IMG/VR virus record: IMGVR_UViG_3300048831_000054
Location: 1 to 62,151 of that record
DNA length: 62,151 bases
Direction: 5' to 3' (one strand)
DNA from: a virus
Taxonomy: Duplodnaviria > Caudoviricetes
The translations under genes were made by a program, and so were the position numbers. How positions within the stretch are numbered: the first letter of the stretch is position 1; every line of letters begins with the position of its first letter. Shown here in pieces: positions 55,785 through 62,151 of the stretch. The notes below the pieces were generated by a model, which saw only the letters and a list, made by a program, of their open reading frames with translations, ran no database searches and was not told the origin of the DNA.

Positions 55785-57557
55785 TCAGGTCAAGGCCTCC
55801 TCTACCTCATCTATCTGCGCATCATGGTCAACGATGCTTGAGAAACCGTTCTGCTTGCGAACGATGATCTGCCTGTCAAACCGTCCAATGGCCTCAGGCC
55901 GGTGGGAGATGATCCACAGCCCCAGCCCGTCGTCACGTGTCTTCTGCTTCAGCAGCTTGAACACCGCCTCAACTCCAGCGCCGTCCAGCGACGCGTCAAT
56001 CTCGTCAATGAACAGGCAGTTCACCTTGCTGTGCAGGTGGTGCAACACGTCCCTGAAGGCCAGCGAGAGCGAGAGGTTGACGCGCTTCTTCTCACCGCTG
56101 GATAGGTTGCCGAAGTCCAGCTCACGCCCAAACTCAGACACTGTGCAGCTCATGTCGTCGTCAAACTTCACCACGTGCGGCAGGCCTAGCTGCTTGGTGT
56201 AGTGAATTAGTCGCGCGTTCAGGAACGGGATGGTGCGGTTGATGATGCGGCGGCGGATGAAGGAGTTCTTGTCGGTCAGCAGCTTCAGCAGGAACTGCTG
56301 GTGCTCCTGCTCCTTCTTCAGCTCGTCAAGCACGTCGTACGTCACCTTCTTTACCGCGTGCTGCTTGAGCGCCTCATACGCCTCAACGTGCGGGTTGGTA
56401 GCGTTCACCGTCTCGTCGATGCGCTGCTGCGCGGTGAGGGCGCTGGTCTCGGCGCGGACGGCGTCGGCCAGTGACTTGAACTTCATGAGCTCTCGCGCAC
56501 CTGCCAGCTGGCCCTCGACGTCCGCCAGTTCAGTCTCAAACTGATCAATGACCGTCTCAAGCTCCTTCAGCCGTGTCTTACGCTTATCTAGGAACGTCTG
56601 CTTCTCCACCAGCCTGTCAGCCGCGCCTTCATACTGCTGCAGGCAGTAGGGGCACTTGTCCTCTGTCAGGTGCTTCAGCTCCGTCTCGACCTTCTTGATG
56701 TCGGCGGTAACGCTCGAGCGGTCCTTCCTGGCGATGCTGAGGTGCGAGGTGACGCTGACCTGCCTGGTAGACAGCTGCTCCACTAGCGCGTGTAGCTCCC
56801 TCTCGGTGGCCATGTCGCAGTCGCTCAGCAGCTCAAGCTCCCCCTCAAGATTCTTGAGGTAGCTCACGCGGTCATCTTCCCAGCGCTTGACCCTCGCCTC
56901 AGCGTCGGTCAGCTGCTTGTTGTAGAGCGCGACAGCGGCCTCCTGCTCCTTGATGATTGCCTCTTGCACGCTGATGGAACCTTCCGTCCCCTTGATGATC
57001 TCCTTCAGCTTGACGGCCTTCTCTGTCAGCAGCGTGATGTTAAACAGCTCCTCAATGAGCTGGCGCTGCGGGTGAACCGGCAGCAGCAGGAACGGGGTGG
57101 AGTTGCCCGAGAAGATGATGATCTTGGTGAAGAGGTCGTACGACAGGCCGATGATCTCCTCAACGAACCGGTCATTCTCACTGACGCTGTCGAGCGTCAC
57201 GTCCTGGTTGTTGCAGAAGATCTGGATGTTGGTCTGCTCACCGCGGCAGCGGTAGATCTCGTACTCGTCCTCACCCTTGGTAAAGGTGAGTCGCACCTCC
57301 ATCAGCGTGCTGCGCGCCCCGTTCGTGGAGTTGATGAGGCGCTGCAGACCGATGTTGTCAAACGGCTTGTTGTAGATGGCGTAGCAGATGGCGTTGATGA
57401 TGGTGGTCTTCCCAGCCCCGTTGTTGCTGCTGGCGTCAACGTTCTCACCCTGGATGAGGGTGCTGCCGTAGTTGCCTAGGTCAACCTCAGTCAGCTGGTT
57501 GCCGAAGCTGAGAAAGTTGCGCAGCTGCAGCGCCTTGAAGGTGATGGGAATGCTCAT
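55785..57557 (-). CDS. gp46: Recombination endonuclease subunit (Rad50/SbcC-like)
   Basis: RNFLSFGN, NGAGKTT, CPYC hook, LSSGEKKR, FIDEIDASLD, ISH; start MSIPITF at 57557. Confidence 0.93.
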   Translation of the reverse strand: MSIPITFKALQLRNFLSFGNQLTEVDLGNYGSTLIQGENVDASSNNGAGKTTIINAICYAIYNKPFDNIGLQRLINSTNGARSTLMEVRLTFTKGEDEYEIYRCRGEQTNIQIFCNNQDVTLDSVSENDRFVEEIIGLSYDLFTKIIIFSGNSTPFLLLPVHPQRQLIEELFNITLLTEKAVKLKEIIKGTEGSISVQEAIIKEQEAAVALYNKQLTDAEARVKRWEDDRVSYLKNLEGELELLSDCDMATERELHALVEQLSTRQVSVTSHLSIARKDRSSVTADIKKVETELKHLTEDKCPYCLQQYEGAADRLVEKQTFLDKRKTRLKELETVIDQFETELADVEGQLAGARELMKFKSLADAVRAETSALTAQQRIDETVNATNPHVEAYEALKQHAVKKVTYDVLDELKKEQEHQQFLLKLLTDKNSFIRRRIINRTIPFLNARLIHYTKQLGLPHVVKFDDDMSCTVSEFGRELDFGNLSSGEKKRVNLSLSLAFRDVLHHLHSKVNCLFIDEIDASLDGAGVEAVFKLLKQKTRDDGLGLWIISHRPEAIGRFDRQIIVRKQNGFSSIVDHDAQIDEVEEALT

Positions 57558-57564
57558 CTTGGCC

Positions 57565-57795
57565 TTATTCCGTGACGGCGAACGTCCTGACGAAGGCCTC
57601 TTCCTCGGCAGACAGCGGGCCAAAGCTGCCGCCGACCACCTTCAGCAGCCAGCCCTCGGTCTCCTCCCTGCTGATCTTGCCAAGGAAGTCGTTGATGCGC
57701 TCCTGCGTGATGATGCACTCGCTGCCATTGGCAGCGAACACCAGCTCCTGCTTGCCGGTCTCTGGTCCTACTCGCTTCTGACATGTCAGTCTCAT
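57565..57795 (-). CDS. Hypothetical protein
   Basis: 76 aa with GGAG RBS between gp47 and gp46. Confidence 0.6.
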   Translation of the reverse strand: MRLTCQKRVGPETGKQELVFAANGSECIITQERINDFLGKISREETEGWLLKVVGGSFGPLSAEEEAFVRTFAVTE

Positions 57796-57805
57796 TTGCT
57801 TCTCC

Positions 57806-58852
57806 TTACAGGCGGTGGTAGATGTTGATGAGGCGCTCAGGGTCTATCGTGCTGGTGCCGGTAACGCCGGTCTGCAGCAGCTTCACGACGGCGTCATTGA
57901 GAGAGCTGAGCTCGAAGCTCTCAATGCTGTCATCGCCGGCGATGGCCTCCTGCCGTTCGAACAGGTTCTCCTCAAGGGCGAACTCACGCAGTCCAAGGCT
58001 GGTCACCATCTCCTCTCGCAGGGCCTGCGCCTCCGAGTAGAGGATCTCGGTGTCGATCGTGCACCGCACCCGGCACTTCGGTGGAAAATCGGTGTGGCCC
58101 TCAAGGACCTTTGACAGCCGGATCTTTCTGAAGGACGGTGCCTGGTCCCAGTTCAGGAACCAGACGGACTCATCGGCGGTGTTCAAGAAGCAGCACCCCC
58201 GCTCATCATCGCCCGCATCACCGTAGTCCATCGGAAACGTGTTACCTATGTAGATGACGTTGTCACGCACCTGTCGCTTGTGAAAGTGCCCTGAGAAGAT
58301 GTACTTTGGGTCCTTGAAGAGCGTGTGCTCGGGACCATGCTCCATGACCCGGTCTGACCCGGTCACCAGAAAGTTCCTGAACTCAAAGTGGCCCAGCCAG
58401 TATTTAACCTTTCCGAACTTGACCAGCTCTGGGTACTCACCCTTGAACATGAATGGGCAGAGCAGCAGGTCCTCGAAGACCTCAGGTTCATTGATGAGCC
58501 GGACGTTCGGCAGGTCCTCAAAGACGCGCGTGGAGAAGATCTTGCGGTTCTCACGGTGGTAGAGGTCGTGGTTGCCAATCACGATGAAGATCGGCAGCCC
58601 AAGTGAGTTCAGCTCCTTCAGTGCCTCGTGCGCGTACGTGAGCGTCAGCACGTTGACGGCGTTGCGGTTCTCGAACCAGTCACCCAGGAAGGCAACGTGC
58701 GTCACGCCACCCTCCCTCTTCACCTGCTGGCAGAACCACTTGACGAAGTCGAGGCAGTCCTGGTTGTGCTGGATGGAGTTGCTGCGCTTGCCAAAGTGGA
58801 TGTCAGTGAACATCGCCACTTTCTTGGCGGCGAACTTCTTCGGTGCCGCCAT
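57806..58852 (-). CDS. gp47: Recombination nuclease subunit (Mre11/SbcD-like)
   Basis: TDIHFG, LGDWF, GNHD, GHFE, FSGHFH. Confidence 0.93.
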   Translation of the reverse strand: MAAPKKFAAKKVAMFTDIHFGKRSNSIQHNQDCLDFVKWFCQQVKREGGVTHVAFLGDWFENRNAVNVLTLTYAHEALKELNSLGLPIFIVIGNHDLYHRENRKIFSTRVFEDLPNVRLINEPEVFEDLLLCPFMFKGEYPELVKFGKVKYWLGHFEFRNFLVTGSDRVMEHGPEHTLFKDPKYIFSGHFHKRQVRDNVIYIGNTFPMDYGDAGDDERGCCFLNTADESVWFLNWDQAPSFRKIRLSKVLEGHTDFPPKCRVRCTIDTEILYSEAQALREEMVTSLGLREFALEENLFERQEAIAGDDSIESFELSSLNDAVVKLLQTGVTGTSTIDPERLINIYHRL

Positions 58853-59587
58853 TTACTTCTTGGCCTTCTTCGTCTTCAGCAGCTTCTTCGTCTTCTTGAC
58901 GGCCGTCTTTGCCTTCTTTGCCACCTCCTTCGGAACTCTCGGCTTCTTCTCCTTGACGACGACCTGGCCGTCAACGATCTCCACCTGCGACTTCTTGTAG
59001 ATGGTCACCTTTCCTGGCAGCATGGACGCCGGCACCCGCCGCTTGGCGACGACCTTTGGCACGTAGGCGGCGGGGCTGATGTTCTCTGGTAGGATCTGCT
59101 CCTCATCCTCAGGCTCTGCGTGCTCCTTCTCCAGGTTCTCAGGAAGTGGCAGGTCATCAGACTCGATCGCCTCAAGCAGCCGCTCCTCCTTCTCCTTCTC
59201 AAGGAAGTTGAACGAGGGGTTCGCGCCGGCGTCGACCAGCAGCGAGTCACGGATGTTGCGGTGCTTCCGCTCGTCGTGCTTGTACTGCTGGAAGCAGTTG
59301 TGGATCGCGGTGGTGTAGTAGGCGAAAGGGTTGCTTGACTTGGCAGGGTCGAACTTCAAGGCGTTCTGGCACAGGTTGGCCATGGCGAGCGCCACCATGT
59401 CCTCCCGGTACGAGTAGCCGGAGAACCAGGACTTACGGGAGTACCGCTCGGCGATCAGCAGGAGCATCCTGGCGAGCCGGTCTGTCACTCGCCCGAGCTG
59501 CTTTGCCTCGAGAACTGCGGGAAGGAGCTGCGCGTTTGTTACGTAGTGGCCCTTCGTGCTGGTGGCCTTCTCTCTCTTTACCTTCAA
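58853..59587 (-). CDS. gp55: Late-transcription sigma factor
   Basis: HYVTN..LL, IAERYS, YSYREDM, KFDP.KS.NPFAYYT; T4-like gene order 55-47-46. Confidence 0.87.
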   Translation of the reverse strand: MKVKREKATSTKGHYVTNAQLLPAVLEAKQLGRVTDRLARMLLLIAERYSRKSWFSGYSYREDMVALAMANLCQNALKFDPAKSSNPFAYYTTAIHNCFQQYKHDERKHRNIRDSLLVDAGANPSFNFLEKEKEERLLEAIESDDLPLPENLEKEHAEPEDEEQILPENISPAAYVPKVVAKRRVPASMLPGKVTIYKKSQVEIVDGQVVVKEKKPRVPKEVAKKAKTAVKKTKKLLKTKKAKK

Positions 59588-59634
59588 AGTGTTGTCTCCT
59601 CGACGACGGTTGATCTTTCGCGTGGAGATGTTAC

Positions 59635-59664
59635 ATTATAACACGCGAGGTGGTGCTGAAAAAC
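59635..59664 (-). promoter_or_regulatory. Sigma70-type promoter for the gp55-47-46 operon
   Basis: GTTTTTC-N17-TATAAT, with GTGT just before the -10. Confidence 0.65.
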
Positions 59665-59735
59665 GGAAGTGCGTTTTGGGAGAATCTTTTGCAGGATAAA
59701 TATCCAAGCCTCACTACTGTCCATAGGGCGCCCGC

Positions 59736-60449
59736 ATGAACCTCGACGAGCAACTTGAACTTTCCGTCCTCCTCGAGGACGTTCCACCACCTGGAGACAA
59801 GCGGGTGGCCGTTGCCATTGGCCGCTTCAACCCACCGACCAAGGGCCACTACAAGCTGATTGACACCGTGAAGAAGTTCATCAGGGAGCGCAAGGACCTG
59901 AACCTGCAGGCCTCACCGGCGGTAGTGGTGATTGGTGGTGGTAAGTCCGATCAGGACAAGCAGCGCAACCCGCTCTCAGTGGACGAGCGTATTTACTACA
60001 TGCAGAACTCAGGAAATGCCAATGGCGTGACCTTCAGGTCAGCGAAGAACGCGTTCGAGGCCTTCGCGCAGCTGCGTACCTCCGGCCTTGAACCTATCGC
60101 CATCGCCGCCGGGTCCGACCGCGCGGAGGACTACCTGCGGATGCTGGACCAGTACTGGAAGGATGAGAAAGGCCGGCCAATCAAGCACTACAAGATTGAC
60201 CTGCCGCGCGCAGACAGCGCTGTCAAGGACAAGGGCGGTGACAAGGTGCAGCAGATGGATTCGATCCTCGCCGCCCTCAAGGACGGTGACGGCGTTGGGA
60301 TCGAGCACGTCTCAGGTTCGCTGGCCCGTCGCGCCGCCGAGCTGGGCTACTTTGAGGAGTTCGTGAAGATCACCGGCCTTGAGAAGAACGTGGCGGTCGC
60401 CAAGAGCCTGTACAAGAAGGTCCGCGCCGCCATTGGGAGCAAGGAATAA
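59736..60449 (+). CDS. Cytidyltransferase-like (HIGH) nucleotidyltransferase
   Basis: GRFNPPTKGH, RNPLS, AGSDR, SGSLAR; TAAATA at 59697-59702. Confidence 0.78.
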   Translation: MNLDEQLELSVLLEDVPPPGDKRVAVAIGRFNPPTKGHYKLIDTVKKFIRERKDLNLQASPAVVVIGGGKSDQDKQRNPLSVDERIYYMQNSGNANGVTFRSAKNAFEAFAQLRTSGLEPIAIAAGSDRAEDYLRMLDQYWKDEKGRPIKHYKIDLPRADSAVKDKGGDKVQQMDSILAALKDGDGVGIEHVSGSLARRAAELGYFEEFVKITGLEKNVAVAKSLYKKVRAAIGSKE

Positions 60450-61630
60450 TGTCCCTGTTCTCCAGCCTCGGCCAGCTCGCCAGCTCCACGATTGGCAGCT
60501 CACTTGGCGGGGTAGTGTCGGCGGGCATCGGCTCGGTGACGCAGGCTGCGCAGGCCGGTCTCGCCGCGGCCGGCCAGATCTTCAGCGACGCCAACCCGTC
60601 CGTGACGCAGAAGAAGGCTGAGGCCATTGGCCAGCTTGGTTCATCGGGTCAGCTGCCGTCATTCAAGAAGGTGTCAGACGTCACCATTGAGACGAGCGAC
60701 GACCAGACAAACACACCGAGCGGCTTCAATCAGGTCCGGCTTGACCCGTTTGGTAAGCCGATCGTGCGCGTGCAGTCGCAGGCCAGGACAATGCCCACAA
60801 TGGGCAGCACGGAGTCTGACAACAAGACGCTTGACTTCATGGTGAGCCTGAGGGCCCAGACGGCGTCGGTTGACTCTGCGACCGGCGCGGTTGCCGTTCG
60901 CGCCCAGGTGCTCTTCACCGTCTCACCCACGATCTCTGAGCGTAGGTCGGCCGACTACGATCAGCTGCAGCTGCTTCACCACCCCGGGCAGATCCTCAAG
61001 TACAAGTGGACCAACACCCGCTCATGGACGATCAACGGCCGGCTGGTGTCAAGGAACGGCGAGGAGGCCGAGAGGAATCTCACCTACCTGAACTACATCC
61101 GCTCGTGGGTGATGCCGTTTACCGGTGAGGGAACGGCCGCCGCCAAGGAGACGAAGGCGTGGCTGGGTGCACCTCCGCCGGTCCTCGTGCTGTCTGCGTA
61201 TGGGGAAAAGATGGTCGGACCCGTGCCTGTGGTGCTGAAGGACTACAGCTGGGAATTCCCAAATGAGGTCGACTACATTGAGACGTCGGTTACCAAGGTC
61301 CCGTTCCCGACAATTATCACCGTGGCGCTGAACGTGGACGAGGCCTACTCACCGGCCGAGTACAGCGGGTTTGACTGGATCAAGTACCTCGAGGGCAACC
61401 TAGATGGCAGCGCCTTCAGGGCAGTGAGCGCGGCGCAGGTGAGAAAGAACAAGACGACGGCCGCGGAAACACCGGTGTCTGCCACGGCCGACAGCGGCCT
61501 GTCAGAGCTGAGTTCGGTTGATGACCTGATCAAGAACGCGAGCGCCGACTACAACCGATTCACAGATTCAATAAGCTCGGCGCCTACCGCGCTGGCATCA
61601 TGGGTTGATGGAGCCATCAGTGGCGGCTAA
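60449..61630 (+). CDS. Baseplate/tail-tube-initiator-like protein
   Basis: SPTISE..SADY, GAPPPVLVLSAYG...PVV...YSWEFPNEVDY; precedes a gp53-like gene. Confidence 0.55.
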   Translation: MSLFSSLGQLASSTIGSSLGGVVSAGIGSVTQAAQAGLAAAGQIFSDANPSVTQKKAEAIGQLGSSGQLPSFKKVSDVTIETSDDQTNTPSGFNQVRLDPFGKPIVRVQSQARTMPTMGSTESDNKTLDFMVSLRAQTASVDSATGAVAVRAQVLFTVSPTISERRSADYDQLQLLHHPGQILKYKWTNTRSWTINGRLVSRNGEEAERNLTYLNYIRSWVMPFTGEGTAAAKETKAWLGAPPPVLVLSAYGEKMVGPVPVVLKDYSWEFPNEVDYIETSVTKVPFPTIITVALNVDEAYSPAEYSGFDWIKYLEGNLDGSAFRAVSAAQVRKNKTTAAETPVSATADSGLSELSSVDDLIKNASADYNRFTDSISSAPTALASWVDGAISGG

Positions 61631-62003
61631 GAACAACCAGAACAGCCTGTTCGCGACTCAGTCCCGCTTCATCAAGGGCGGCACTGCTGAGACTGCCAAC
61701 AACCGGATCGAGTGGTGGGAGAGGACGATCTTCCAGCCTGACGTCACCGACGTGTTCTACGTGATCGAGGACATCTACGACCGTAGGCCTGACCAGATCG
61801 CCGCGGTCTTCTTCAATGACCCGCGCCTGTGGTGGTTCATCGCTCAGTTCAACAACATTCTTGACCCATTCAGCGAGATGGTCACTGGCACCGTGCTGCG
61901 CCTGCCCACCGCCGAGCGCGCCTCGCTCATGCTGACTGGTAAGCCTGGCGGCATTGCATCGAAGCGCGAGCTCACACCCACCATCTCAGCAGTAATCGTC
62001 TGA
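61620..62003 (+). CDS. Baseplate wedge protein, gp53/LysM-like
   Basis: RPDQIA..FFNDPRLWWFIAQFNNILDP.....G..LRLP; GTG start 61620. Confidence 0.75.
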   Translation: MAAKNNQNSLFATQSRFIKGGTAETANNRIEWWERTIFQPDVTDVFYVIEDIYDRRPDQIAAVFFNDPRLWWFIAQFNNILDPFSEMVTGTVLRLPTAERASLMLTGKPGGIASKRELTPTISAVIV

Positions 62004-62151
62004 TGTCTGACTTTGACAACGTTCTCGACTCTTACCGGTCGTACTCTTACCATCACCTGCTGCTCGTCGCCAACAACACGGAGAGCCTGCGAAAGCTAAC
62101 TGACAGCACAAATGGCAACGCGTCGTTTCTTGAGGCGGTGCAGAAGGCAGG
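62003..62151 (+). CDS. Baseplate-associated protein, N-terminal fragment (truncated)
   Basis: MSDFDNVLDSYRSYSYHHLLL... open to the window end. Confidence 0.55.
   Translation, partial: MSDFDNVLDSYRSYSYHHLLLVANNTESLRKLTDSTNGNASFLEAVQKA

Noticed and set aside
1-62151. CRISPR array, tRNA genes or diversity-generating retroelement
   Set aside because: No regularly spaced repeat-spacer units, cloverleaf or reverse transcriptase were recognised by eye; tRNAscan and CRISPR finders were not run.
1-62151. Stop-codon reassignment as in some large phages
   Set aside because: Core genes are full-length in code 11, and TAG, TGA and TAA all end genes at the expected positions.

Overview
A 62 kb core segment of a GC-rich, T4-related large (probably jumbo) myophage, coded almost entirely on the minus strand. 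It contains: (1) a truncated class II ribonucleotide reductase, a GH108 endolysin and a recombination/repair block (uvsW, uvsY, uvsX, gp32); (2) a split HD/Pnk pair, small early genes and several glycosyltransferase/modification genes; (3) the morphogenesis module (TerL, TerS-like, gp4, tube, sheath, gp15/14/13, major capsid, scaffold, protease, portal, tape-measure-like and baseplate genes); (4) two free-standing AT-rich homing endonucleases, gp46/gp47 and a gp55-like late sigma factor. A TAAATA late-promoter motif precedes most late units. The most striking unexplained structure is an expanded set of about 15 proteins, ten of them in one tandem array at 15.7-23.1 kb, whose N-termini resemble the T4 internal-protein capsid-targeting sequence and mostly carry a prohead-protease (L/I/V-x-E) site. 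The set includes five paralogous putative R-S-E ADP-ribosyltransferases, a P-loop kinase and a 686-aa apparent polyprotein punctuated by protease sites, suggesting a head-packaged, co-injected effector arsenal. All annotations are motif-based by eye; no database searches were run.
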